A DNA stretch of 64,000 bases from contig OX597816.1 in assembly GCA_951406725.2 (NCBI GenBank), positions 110,980,001-111,044,000 of the forward strand, given 5' to 3'. Positions 27,682 to 41,482 of this stretch are shown here, piece by piece. A program made the translations under genes and the position numbers. The notes under the pieces are model-generated. The model searched no databases, had not been told where the DNA came from, and worked only from the letters and a program-made list of their open reading frames with translations. The stretch comes from Octopus vulgaris. Lineage: Eukaryota. Each line of letters opens with the position of its first letter. Position 1 is the first letter of the stretch.

Positions 27682-29604
27682 TAGTTTTATTTTTATTTTT
27701 ATAGCGTGCTTTCACTTCACTACCGAGCGCAGCTCTGTGTGCCTTGGGTATGTGCTGTGATTTGTTGTGATGCTCTGATGGTTATTGTATGGAAAGTGTT
27801 CTGCGTAGGATGTGGGCAGTGCCTAGTAGTGCAATTTTCTGTATGTTATATGTGTTTGTAAGTCCTGGTGTTTTTGTTATGTATTTGTCTGAATATTTTT
27901 CTATCATGCCTAATGCACCTACTATGATAGGAATTGTTTCTGTTTTCAGATTCCACATTCTAGTTACCTCTATTTCCAGGTCTTTGTATTTTGAGAGTTT
28001 CTCCATTTCTTTTAGAGACACGTTGTCATCTGCCGGTATTGATACATCAATTAAAAAGCATTTTTTTTTCTTCATGATCTCTGACAACTATATCTGGTCT
28101 GTTGGCCTTAATTTCTCTATCTGTGTGTATCGGCATATCCCAGAGTATGGTTGCTTTCTCGTTTTCTGTGACCTTTTCTGGTGTGTGCCTATACCATCTT
28201 TTTTCTGTTGTTATTCCATAATGTTGGCATAGCTTCCAATGTATGTAGGTTCCAACTCTGTCATGTCTGTGAATATATTCCTTCTTAGCCAGGACTGGGC
28301 AGCTAGAGATAATATGATTTATTGTTTCTTGTCCATCTCCACATATTCTGCAGTTACTTGTAATATTTCTTTTCATTACATGTTTTTGGTAATTTCTGGT
28401 GGGGAGGCTTTGGTCTTGTGCTGCAATTAAAAATCCCTCTGTTTCTGCTTTGAGTCCTGAGCTTCTCAACAATTGCTGGGATTTTTCTTTGTCTATTTCT
28501 TTTGCGTTTAGTTTAGTGCAGTATTTACCATGAAGGGGCTTTTCTTGCCATCGTTTTATCATGGTTCGTTGCTGTTCTGTTTTTAGTTTGGATTTCATTT
28601 GTTTTATAGCTTTTGTTGTTTCTTCATCTTCTTCTTCTTCTTCTTCTTCTTCATGTTTATTAGGTGGTATGATTTCTTGTTTGTATTTGTCAGCTTCCTT
28701 AAATACTGAGAACAGTTTTTTGTTTTGCTCGTGTTTTGCCGCTATCTGGATCAGTTTTCCTTCCTTCTGAAGTAGATATTTTTGCAGTCCTATGGTGGTT
28801 ATTTTATAGTAGTTTTCCAGCTGTATAAGGCCTCTACCACCTTCTATACGTTGTATATATAGTCTTTCTATGTCAGATTTTGGGTGATGCATCCTAGATC
28901 CTGTCATTATTTTTCTTGTTTTCCTATCTATTTTGGTCAGTTCATTTCGTGTCCAGTTAAGGATATTGTAGCTGTAACTTATAACTGGGACAGCTAAAGT
29001 GTTGATACCTATTATCTTGTTTTTAGCATTGAGCTCTGTGTTTAGTATTGATCTAACTCGTCTATAATATTCTTTTTTTATTTTCTCTTTCATTTGTGTG
29101 TGTTGTGTCTTATCTAGTTCATGGATTCCTAAGTATTTGTAAGTTTGGCTTTGGTCTAATTCTTTTATTTCATTGGTTTTATCTAGTGTGATGTTGTTAC
29201 TCTTAACTAGTTTTCCTCTTTTCATGGTTACTTTGGCGCATTTTTCTAATCCAAATTTCACATCTATTTCTTTGGTAAATCCATGAACTGTCTTTAATAG
29301 TGTTTCCAGCTGTTTGTCATTTGCAGCGTATAGTTTTAGGTCATCCATATATAAAAGGTGGCTGATCGTTTTGCCGTAACATTTATATCCGCATCCAGTT
29401 CTATTTAGCATATCAGATAGAGGTGACAGTGCCAAGCAGAAAAGGAGTGGAGAGAGCGTGTCTCCCTGGAATATTCCTCTTCTAATGGGGATGTCTTTGG
29501 TTTTCATGAGTCCCTCTTTTGTTTGGAGGTGTAGGACTGTTTGCCATTTATTCATAGAGTGCTCTATGAATTTTATGATTGTTGGTGCTACTTTGTTAAT
29601 GGCT

Positions 29605-29610
<6 letters not shown>
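27679..29610 (-). mobile_element. R4/Dong-type RLE non-LTR retrotransposon, 5'-truncated, young
   Basis: RT (GIFQGDTLSPLLF, HLLYMDDLKLY), CCHC (CRIC...H....C), RHD, NRPDIVV...IDV...K.SKY endonuclease; (TAA)n on both sides. Confidence 0.95.
27782..29610 (-). pseudogene. reverse transcriptase / restriction-like endonuclease ORF, 5'-truncated with one frameshift
   Basis: ORFs 28047-29555 and 27782-28087 join through a frameshift in the T-run near 28061-28069; frame stays open upstream of the Met to the (TAA)n junction (TLAINKVAPTIIKFIEHSM). Confidence 0.92.

Positions 29611-29678
<68 letters not shown>
29611..29678. repeat. (ATT)n microsatellite
   Basis: Direct inspection. Confidence 0.98.
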
Positions 29679-29679
<1 letters not shown>

Positions 29680-30230
29680 GAGTGAGAGAGCGGTGCATGC
29701 CATTAAAGTCATACTGGGGTAAAATATACGAAGACCTGTATACCCATCATGACTACCCGTCTGATAAGGGCACACAAGGCATGTGCATCACAACCGTATG
29801 AGCGCGACATGGTGATCTTATATCAAGATAAACAGCGCATGACCTTGCTGGTGGGGCCCAGTTAGAACTTTCTTCTGGTCGAGTAGCTCATGCCGCTCAA
29901 AAGGTCTCTGAACAAGGATTGTTTAAGGATCTTGAACGAACCACCCATGTTTCCAAAGGTGAATCATCCAAACCTCCTAGAATTCCTTTCAACACATGGC
30001 CATGATGCTCCCCCAGTAATTCTTCTCGTGATCAGAGATGCACATATCGTCTGCCACTAAGGGACATGGTCAACTGGTTAAGGTCAAACAACTAACAAAC
30101 AAATCTGTGGTTTTGAGCAAAATATTTCCTATAGCCCATCTTTTATACCAAGACAAAACAATGTACATGATAGCTCTTCCAATCAGTTAAGATCAGAAGC
30201 CATGAGAGCCATGTTACTGCATCAAGGCAT
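29679..30230. mobile_element. unclassified ~550-bp non-coding module between (TAA)n tracts
   Basis: Higher GC than background, sharp (ATT)n borders on both sides, no ORF; mobile origin is inferred. Confidence 0.5.
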
Positions 30231-30281
30231 TTATTATTATCATTATTATTATTATTACTATCGTTATTATCATTATTATTA

Positions 30282-30323
<42 letters not shown>

Positions 30324-30327
30324 GTAA

Positions 30328-30398
<71 letters not shown>
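30231..30398. repeat. (ATT)n-(AGT)n microsatellite
   Basis: Direct inspection. Confidence 0.97.
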
Positions 30399-32629
30399 TA
30401 TACCAAAAGTCACAAGTATATATATGTATTTGTGTGTTAGAGTGCGTGTGTATGTTGCATGTATCATACATTTCTACTGATAGGGTTGTTTTATGCTATT
30501 TTACCCATGTTCCAGTAAAACAAAACATCGATTTTAAATTGGTATGTGGGTGTGGTTCGCCTTTTAGTGTGCTTTCTTGTTGTTTTGCAACAATCTGATT
30601 ATCTAATCTTGACAATATAAGACAAAAAAAAACTAACATTTAAAAAAAATATTTTAATGTCTACATCAGTCAGCGTCTGTCTTGTTAAAAAGTAGATATT
30701 TCGCATAAACAAACAATGGTATCTGGGTGTGACTGAATATCATTTGAAAAATAAATCTTTCATATCTCATCTGAATTTATCAGTTTAGCATTAGAATCTT
30801 CAACAAGAATCAAGAAAAAAGTTTAAACCATTGTACATTAAATCTAGTAGTTTTATGCACTATGTAAGATTTGCTACGTTTTTCACATGAACATGTTCGG
30901 GAATAACAAACTATCTACAATGTATTGCAAGGCGAACGAAAGGGGTGTACGACTCCGATTTTACCATCAATTTAAAAACTAATAAGAATACAAACTGCAG
31001 CTATATTACTGATGTGAAAATCTCTTTTAATCGGTACTTAGTAATGCTTTCAACGTTCTTTTGATAAGTAACCTACCGAAAGTAACAGCTTCTTTTTCTT
31101 TTGTAATATTTCATGTTAAATTAGCATTTATATTGAAATACAAAAACATAGGAGATATTTTTCTTTTCCAAATCTTTCTAGAGTACTTTTACATGTCTTT
31201 AGCAATTGTCAGAAGTTGCCAGCAACTGAAATTTTTTCTCTGTAATAAATGGGTTTGTCTAGTCTGTAATTAGTTTTTCAAGAAAGAATTACTCTGATTC
31301 AATTAAAGATTAGTTTAAACAATGCTAATATCTATTGATATACTTTCGTATATTATTTTACTTATGTTATTTTTATACACGCATTTGTTGACCTAATTCA
31401 GCAACTTCATCAACCTTACCAATACATACATATAGAGAAAGCATAACATCATATATCGTTAGTGTGCCTACAATTCTCATCATAGTAATTTAAAATTTTC
31501 TATAACAACAGTACTATCAAAAATCTATCATATTATACAACAGTACACTGCTTAATATACTGCGTTATATTGCAGTCAACTCTACGTTTAGATTAGATTT
31601 TTAAGTCACAAATTTGGGAGCCACAATAATTATACTGGAATAATTATACGGGAATATTTTATTGATTATTCTGCAAAAAAGCCCTATTCTGCATAAAAAA
31701 GAAAACATTTGCCACAGACAGGTTTTTCCATATTTGCAATACTACGTATCTCTATTCTAGACTACATTTAAAGAAATGTTGATTGGCAAAGGTACACTTA
31801 GCAACAGTAACATACATGTGTGTTACTTTCTTGTTGCGACTCCTTTACTGCTACTTTAATAGATTCTACGACTAATCTATATTTGTTTTACAAAATTGGT
31901 CCAAAATATTGTGAGAGATTCCAGTTTCTGAGCCTTTACTACCAATGTTTTTCCTACGACACTAGTGTGTAGATTGTATAGTAAAACATCGAAGTTATTG
32001 ACCCTATTGATATACGAAAACCTAATGAAGGAAATTAAACATTCTCTCTGTTCCTTTCTCGATGAAGAATATAAAACACTCCAACAAAATTTTTTTAAAC
32101 TGCAAATACATAGCCAGTGATTGTTTCACTTTCACTAACACCACCACTAATGCAACCCACACATAAATAACGCTACAGCAACAACAGTTCCCATAAGGGC
32201 TTGTGTTATTACAAGACGACTAAAAGTAAATCTAAAACGATAATAAATACTATTATTTAAATCACTGGAATCAAACTCCCTTTCACTACATTCTCTGCCA
32301 AAATTAATATTGTTTTAGCGTGATTTCTTGCTTAACAACTAGCATCTTCTCTATCAACACGATATTGCATCAAGTATAAGAAAGACAAATTTTAGTTTTT
32401 TGTAACTTGCATTTAGAAGCATGTTTTATATCCGTCAGAAAGTATTTTCTTTCATTTTGACAGAACAAATATTATAATCAATAGTTATTAGTGGGGTTTG
32501 AGTTTTAAAACTTCTCTTTTAATGTCTACTCTAAAATCAGTCAGTCGTTAAATGTTGCAGTCTTATTTCTCAAACTCTTCACAAATTCCACCTCTTCACT
32601 TAATGGACACTTGAATGTATGCGCTCGAA

Positions 32630-32631
<2 letters not shown>

Positions 32632-32702
<71 letters not shown>
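32632..32702. repeat. (TA)n microsatellite
   Basis: Direct inspection. Confidence 0.98.
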
Positions 32703-32705
<3 letters not shown>

Positions 32706-33434
32706 TGTACACGCATAAATTCACACTAAATAGAAACATACACGTAAAGTGAATTAGTCTTAGTGGATTCAAATGATTTTGTGTTAAGTCATAAATATAT
32801 CATAGTAAGTTCTCTGAAGCAAAATATATTTATGTTTAAAATATACTTCCTCATGCTTAGGAATGAATCTTTATACTCCTCGTTCTTGGCAGAAGGAGTA
32901 AAGTATTGAAGTGATGAAGTTTCTAACCTAGTAGTTATATTCAAGCTCCATTTAACTCAACTTTCTGTCAAAAAATCACGAGCAACAGCTAAACAAAATT
33001 GTTAGTTATTTAGCATATTCGTTTGAGCATGAGATATATTAATAGATTTATAAATTCGCATGTGTGTGTGTGTGTATAACCGCAATTTCTTCTATAACAA
33101 GGTTAATACATTTAAATATATGCATAACGTTCGTAATTTCTATGGTGAAATATTGTAATAAGAAATGAGTGGATCTTACCTATTTAACCGATAATCCTGT
33201 CATAATAGTTACATATGTTTTATCTATATTTTTCTGCTAGTAATATCTTCTAGCATTCTAATCTTACCTGACATTTACATTCCTAGTGCCATCCCGTAGA
33301 AGTCGCTCACTCTATCAGAAACCTTCATCGAAACCTTTTACCTTCTCAATGGATTTATATTAGTTTCCAGATGTAATTAACCATTATTAACACAAAGTAA
33401 ATTTCTTCGACTCGTGTTCACAATGTTGCATCTT

Positions 33435-33897
33435 TTATCTTTCACTTGTTTTTGTTATGAGACTGTGACCATGTTGCGGCACCCGCCTTGGCCTTGACTA
33501 ATTTGCAAAAGAATTAATTTCATCGTTTATTTATTTTATCCTCTTCTTCGAACCGCTAAGTTATGTGGACGTAAACACACCAACCCCGATATCTATGCGG
33601 TAGTGGGAGATAAACAGGTATAAAAAAACACATAAACGCACACACACATCCACACGCACGCAGATACGCACGCACACATACGCAAAAGCACACACATATA
33701 TATGTGTATACAAACACATATTTACACACACACATTCACACACACACACACATTCACAAGACGGGCATTTTTCAGTTCCCGTCTACCAAATTCCCTCATA
33801 AGACAAGTGTATAGTAGATGACACTTGACCAAAGTGACACGCAGGGGGACTGAACCCGGAACCATATAGCTGAGAAGGAAATTCTCATCACACATCC
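33435..33897 (-). mobile_element. SINE family A (tRNA head, CORE-like, internal CA tract)
   Basis: Collinear with 51575-51972; B box GGTTCAGTCCC on the minus strand. Confidence 0.8.
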
Positions 33898-34015
33898 ACG
33901 TTTGCGACTTTTATCGTTTTTCATTGTTCTTTAGCCCTGGATCAAGAAAATGTTCAGCTCACTTGAAAAATACCTTGTTTACTTTCGTTCCTTCCTCGTA
34001 CTTAAATGTTAATCA

Positions 34016-34056
34016 ATTATTATTATTATTATTATTATCATCATTATTGTTGTTGT

Positions 34057-34116
<60 letters not shown>

Positions 34117-34117
34117 A

Positions 34118-34187
<70 letters not shown>

Positions 34188-34205
34188 ACAGCAGCAGCAA
34201 CAGCG
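34016..34205. repeat. compound ATT/AGT/AGC trinucleotide microsatellite
   Basis: Direct inspection. Confidence 0.97.
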
Positions 34206-34322
34206 GCATAATTAGTAGTAAAGAGGACCATCTTCTAATAATAGCGGTTGTATAGCATTTTTACATACCAATTTACATTATTTATATTTGACGGATATTT
34301 GTCCTCATCTTGTTTGTTGTTA

Positions 34323-34362
34323 ACACAACGTTTCGGCTGATATGTCCTCCAGCTTTCGTCAT
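34323..34362 (-). ncRNA. hammerhead motif in inverted terminal repeat
   Basis: Minus: aTGACGA-AAGCTG...CAGCC-GAAAC-GTT-GTGT; the partner copy at 35268-35301 keeps stem I ACAC/GTGT but has a core deletion. Confidence 0.65.
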
Positions 34363-34761
34363 ATGGACTCAGGACATCCGTATACCACAAGCGGACCTGC
34401 ACTGGACGAAATCTCAACTTCAGTTCCCACCATCCATAGAGTGCAAAGAGAGAGATTGCTCAGTGCCTAAAACATCGAGTAATGAATATAAGTAGCGATC
34501 GTGATACCCACCACGAAGAAACTATCAGGCTCAGTAACAACCTGTTGAGCAACAACTACCCACAAAACCATACTATCCACTCCAATGAAGAAATGAGAGG
34601 ATGAAACCAATATACGGTCCACAGTTTGTTTACCCTATGTGAAAGGCCTCTCCGAAAAGATACAAAAGACATGCGGCCCACATGTCATCAGGAGAGTATT
34701 CAAGAGAAATACAACACTTCGCAAATATCTCCTTCGAGTAAAAACACATATAGAATAGAAT

Positions 34762-35127
34762 ATGACCAAATACTGCGTATATTCCATCCCATGCAGCTGT
34801 CGTAGGTTATACAAAGGTGAAACATGCCGACCCTTCAAAATAAGAGTAGAAGAACATCGCAAAGCTGTGACACGAGGAGATATTACTAAATCGGGTATAG
34901 CTGATCTTGTATGGAAAAATGGAGACCACCGTCCCCTGTGGGATGAAGTTAAATTAATAGACAGAGAACACCACTGGAAAATACGGAAACTAAAAGAAGC
35001 AGCACATATACTAGGACACAAGAACCTCCTAAGCAGACCGAGTGCAGATATAAGTAGCATATGGGAACCTGTATTAAGGAAGGATTGGAAAATATTAAGG
35101 AAGGATAGGAAAATATCAGATTTATAA
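34762..35127 (+). pseudogene. Penelope-like GIY-YIG endonuclease domain
   Basis: CVYSIPCSCRRLYKGETCRPFKIRVEEH...SGIAD..W...H...W...RKLKEAAHI. Confidence 0.9.
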
Positions 35128-35156
35128 GCCCAAAAATTCACTTCGTAATTATCCAC

Positions 35157-35217
35157 GGGCATATGGCGTAGTGGTTAAGAGTGCAGGCTTCTAACACCAT
35201 GATTCCGAGTTCGATAA
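35157..35217 (+). promoter_or_regulatory. tRNA-derived Pol III head (A and B boxes)
   Basis: A box TGGCGTAGTGG (35164) and B box GAGTTCGAT (35207) at tRNA-like spacing; no complete cloverleaf. Confidence 0.7.
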
Positions 35218-35379
35218 CATCGAAAAATACCTTAGGAATGAGAACCCGGGTTTGAAATTTCTCCAAGACACCTGGCGGGTATATCAGCCGAAAAGTTGTG
35301 TTAACAACAAACAAAATAAGTACAATATGTCAAATGTAAATAATGTACATAATTCCTCACCTCTTAGATATACAACTGT

Positions 35380-35975
35380 ACCATGCTAGGTTGTTTTCTT
35401 CTACTCTAATGCTACGTTCGCATCCAATAAATTCTCTTTCCCCTCTTTTTCATTGTACACTCAGTCTGTCTGTATCACTTTTTGGGTGGAGTGTCCCATA
35501 TCTAGTCAGCAACTTTCTTGTCTTTCTGTCTAAGCTGCTTAGTTCGGTTATTGTTCATGCGATTACCCCTGTTCTATATCTAAAGAGTGAAACCACCCAG
35601 GTGTTGGTGGCTTCAATCTTTTTCCCTCCGTTTAATTTCTACTTAAGTATAAGTCTCAATCTGCGCAATTACTCCACCTTAAATTTTTCTGTCATTTCTT
35701 TCTCCATCAATTTATCCCTTTCCAAAATCACCTAGTACTTATAGCCAGTCTCTTCTATTTGCTTCATAGCCTCCTCCGGTGGTATCGCTAACACGTCCAT
35801 ACATTTGATTTAGCCTCTCTTGAAGACTAACACACCGCACTTTCTCAGTCCGAATTCCATTCTGATATCAGCACTGAAAGTATACACTGTATCAACGAGG
35901 GAACTGATTGGGCTTCATCTTAACCATAAAGTTTGAGGTCATCCATGAATAACAAATGGTTGACTTTTTGTTTGG
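35380..35975 (-). pseudogene. decayed R4/Dong-type RT fragment
   Basis: Minus strand gives KVNHLLFMDDLKLYG and FSADIRMEFGLRKCGVLVFKRG, homologous to the other two RT copies. Confidence 0.8.
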
Positions 35976-36043
35976 GGCTTCATGATTTCTACTGTCACTA
36001 AACTTCTTCCAGTTGCTGTCTGTTGGGTCCACAAATTCACCAT

Positions 36044-36088
36044 ATTATCATCATCATCATCACCACCACCAACGTCACCACCACCACC

Positions 36089-36122
<34 letters not shown>

Positions 36123-36135
36123 TCATCTCCATCAC

Positions 36136-36207
<72 letters not shown>

Positions 36208-36222
36208 TATTATTATCATTAT
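36044..36222. repeat. (CAT)n/(CAC)n/(ATT)n microsatellite
   Basis: Direct inspection. Confidence 0.97.
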
Positions 36223-39200
36223 TTTTTTTTCTTCTTTCAAATTTTCTTCCATTTCTTGCCGAGTGTCTTCCCGACTCCTAGGGCAAAGAAACTCATAGTA
36301 TACATTGGTAGGCCATTGAACTAAACTCACTAGTTCGTTCATTTTTTTTATAGAAATAAAGTTAAATTAAAATACATGGGTAGTAATAGTTCTCACATCG
36401 ACAATGCTCTTCTCAATACGTGTGATGTACCAGATAAGACAATATTTTGCACTTCTTGCAGGGATGGTAAGCCAAGGATCATTCTCATATAATTTTCGGT
36501 TCCCTTCTTGATCATTCCTAGTGCTCCTACGATCACTGGTAATGTAACCGCCTTGAGATGCCACATTTTCTCAATTTCAATGAGCAGGTCTCCATATTTT
36601 CTGAGCTTGTCAAATTCTTTTGCCGAGATATTATGATCACAGGGGATACTCATGTTGATCAACAAGCAAACTTTTTCTCATTCAGTTACAGCTTCAGGGT
36701 GGTGATTATACCACTTGTCGGCAGTTTTGATATTGTAATGCCGACTTATTAGCCAGTGTAGATATTGCCCAACTCTGTCATGTCTTAATTTATACTCCAC
36801 TGGTGCTAAGACTTTACATCCAGAGATTAGGTGGTCCACTGTTTCAATCATGTCGTTGCAGAATCGGCATTTGGGGTCTGCACAATTTTTCATCACATTG
36901 GCCTGGTAGTTCCAGGTTAATAGGCTTTGATCTTGAGCAGCCAGGATGGAACCTTCGCTCTCTGCTTTTAGCCCTGAGCTCCGTAGCCACTGATGGGTTT
37001 GCTTCTGGTCAACATCAGCTTGTTTGCTGCGGGTCACATATTTGCCGTGCAGAGGTTTCTCCTCCCACCTATAAGCCAATTGCTCGTGCGCTTTTTTCGT
37101 TGCCATTATTTTCACCTTCTTTGCAACGATAGTTGCCGTACTTCCCTCGGGTTGTTCAGTTTGGGTATCCTGCACGAGATCAAAAGCAAATTTTTTGCTT
37201 TCCTTTATGATAGAATGAAGCTTCTTTCGTCTCTCGTGATTTTCCACGAGCTTTAGCATCCAGTCATTCGTTATTTCGAGATATTTGGCCAGTCCAATTG
37301 TGGTTGTTTTGTAAGCTAGTTCAAATTGGATCAGGCCTCGACCTCCTTGGGCTCTGGGGAGGTAAAGGCGATCTACGTCTGCCTTTGGGTGGTGCATCCT
37401 ATTACAACTCAGCAGCTTGCGTATTTTCCTATCTATATTCTTTACTTCACTCATATTCCAGTTCAACACATTGTAGCTATAAGTAACAACTGGAACTGCT
37501 AAGGAATTTATAGCTAACACCTTGTTACGTGCATTTAGTTAAGATTTCAGGACTGCTCGAACTCTCCTATAACATTCCTTCCTGATCTTCTCTTTCATGT
37601 TTGCCTGCTGAATACCAGAGCCTTCATTTATCCCTAAATATTTGTAGGTTTGTTCTTGCTCAAGCTCTCTTATGACTGTGTCAACATCTAACACGACTGA
37701 ATTTGTGGTCTTCACTTTCCCTTCTTAAGCCCAAACTCCATCCAGATGTCATCACTGAATGCTTTCACAGTGCGCAATAGGCCTTCAAGTTCATTATCGT
37801 CTTTACCATAGAGTTTTAAGTCATCCATATAAAATAGATGGCTTTTTTTTTTATTGACAATTTTATACCCATACCCTGTTCTGTTTAATTCACTTGTAAG
37901 GGGTATTAGGGCTATGCAGAATATTAGAGGTGAAAGTGAGTCACCTTGAAAAATGCCACAGTTCATGTTTATATTCTCTGAGGCAAGTACTCCATTAGAG
38001 TGGTATAATTGGAGATTCGAATTCCACATCTACATATTATGCTTCAGGAAGCTTGAAATCACAGGGGAAATTTTGAAGATGTCCAGCGATTTCAAGATCC
38101 ATGAATGCGGTATACTGTCGAAGGCCTTTTTATAGTCAATCCATGCGGAGCTGAGATTTCTGCGCTTGTTGTGACAGTTCTCAAGGATTATACGATTAAT
38201 TAGCAGTTGATCTTTGCATCCGTATGAGCCTCGGCGGCCCCCTTTTTGTTCAATGGGGAAAATATCGTTCTTCTCCATGAATGCATATGTTTTCTCCGCC
38301 AGGATAGATACTAGGATTTTATACGTGGTGGATAAACAGGTTATAGGCCGATAGTTTTTTGGAAGTTTGGTTTCGTTATTCTTTGGGTCTCTCATAATTC
38401 CATTGAACAGCTGAACTAGCTTACCGTGTTCGCATGGGAGCGATGAGAGCCAGAAATTCGGCACCCTATCTTTACCGGGGAATTTCCAATTATGGGCCTT
38501 CGTGAGTGCCTTTCTTAGGTCTGCTATTGAGATGTCTTCCCATGCTTGTTGTTGTAAATTTTGGTAGGATCCTTCTGTTTGTATAATCCAGTCTTCATTT
38601 ATGTCGTACGTCTTCTCGTCACTCCAATTCCTTTTCCAAAAGTTTGAACTTCTTCCATGGGAGGGGGGTCTTTAACGGTTACTTTCTCCTTCCCTATTTC
38701 TCTGTAGAATTTTTTGGCATTGGATGTGAACAACTTACTTTGCTTGTAAAACTTGTTTCTCTTCTCAAATCTTCGTATTCTTTGAGCTTTTGTTTGGACT
38801 TTTTGTTTCAGCGTTTCTTTTATTGATATCAGTTCTTCTCTTGGTGAGGATCCAAATGTTCTCTTCATCTTTCTTCCTGTTCTGGATCTTACATCATTTC
38901 CACATATTAGTTCATCTAATATTGATATTTCCCCTCTCATAAATTCAATCTCTTTTTCAATTTTACTTCTCCAGGTTTGATTTCTTTCCAGGTTTGGTTT
39001 TCTTTGTTTTTTTCGGAGACATACAGCTGGTTTCAATTGCCTTAGCAGAAGCGTAAATAATTTCATCTAACTCAGTTAAATCAGGTTTTAATTCTTGTAT
39101 TATTTCATTTGTTACATAATTGCCAATTTTGATTTTTTAAATTTTGGTTTGTATTTGAGAGTTTATGAAGTGGTTCTCTATCATTCATACTTGTATGTCT

Positions 39201-40059
39201 TACAACTTCAAGCGTATTCAGGATTTTCTGCCTCATTTCTGCCATAGACTCTCTGTGTTCTTCAGCAAATGCGAGATCTTCAGTTACTGTTGTTTTATCA
39301 TTTTCCTGGCTATCTTTAACAGGTTCAATAGAATTTCTTTATCTTCAGGCCTTTGCGTGCTTTGGTCAGATGGCAGTCTTTCAATGAAGCCTCGTGGCGG
39401 GCTATTCTGTTCATCTGATTCTTCATTTCCTTTGTGTTTTATATTTATGTCATTTTCCGTTGCGTGCTTGATCGCGCTTATTTCACTGTCTGTGAGTCTG
39501 TTATTTCTAAGGATATCCCTCCTCACATTTGCCAATTTGTTCTCGTCCAAATAGGGTCTACTGTCTTCATTCCGTGTTCTCCATATACTGTAAGAGTTTG
39601 CGGTGTGTCTCTCTTGAGATGGCTTACCTAATGCATAGTAATAAGCGTATATTATTTCTTTATACTCTTCTCTGGTTCATTTGTTCCGCTTACATTTTTC
39701 TTTCTGTGGTTGTTGTGGTGGTGAACTTGGAGGGCTCGAGTTGGGGAATTTCCCGTTCAAGTGACCATCCATGTCCGTATTCGGAGAAGAGTTTGTGCCA
39801 GTTGATGACTTTTCGATCCCAGGCTGGCTCTTCCCTGGGGGACGCGCTTCCAGATTAACCATAAGACAAGCGATTTCGTATACTGGTTTAGTTTTCCTTT
39901 TAATTTCCAAAAACATTTTGGTGCTACGATAATGTTATCATTTTTGAGCTCTGAGTGGCTCGCGGGGAGACGGCCATCATTGCCGTTACAATTATAATCG
40001 TACCATTATAGCAGCCGTAGCCGGCCTGTGCTCAGTCTTTGTAGTCATGGCAACAGTGT
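36223..40059 (-). mobile_element. near full-length decayed R4/Dong-type RLE non-LTR retrotransposon
   Basis: Collinear ORF pieces 39916 to 36393: N-terminus, NYRPITCL, AWIDYKKAFDSIPH, GIFQGDSLSPL, YMDDLKLY, CRFC...H....C, RHD, RLE tail; many frameshifts and stops; TAA-type repeats at both ends. Confidence 0.95.
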
Positions 40060-40075
40060 ATTATTATTATTATTT

Positions 40076-41482
<1,407 letters not shown>

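Larger units (their letters stand above)
34272..35350 (+). mobile_element. Penelope-like element, 5'-truncated, with inverted terminal repeat
   Basis: GIY-YIG ORF 34762-35127; frameshifted RT C-terminus upstream (LPYVKGLSEKI); inverted repeats 34272-34362 vs 35268-35350 with hammerhead remnants. Confidence 0.88.

Noticed and set aside
27789-28770. Plus-strand ORFs over the retrotransposon (also 34635-35162 on minus, 36803-37486 and 39165-39858 on plus)
   Set aside because: Antisense shadows of TE coding sequence.
35157-35217. Functional tRNA gene (likewise the heads near 45872 and 51972)
   Set aside because: No complete acceptor stem or cloverleaf; embedded in repeats.
39935-40059. HDV-like ribozyme at the 5' end of the Dong element (CTCCCCGCGAG motif)
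   Set aside because: Could not assign P1/P2/P1.1 pairings by eye; needs a descriptor search.
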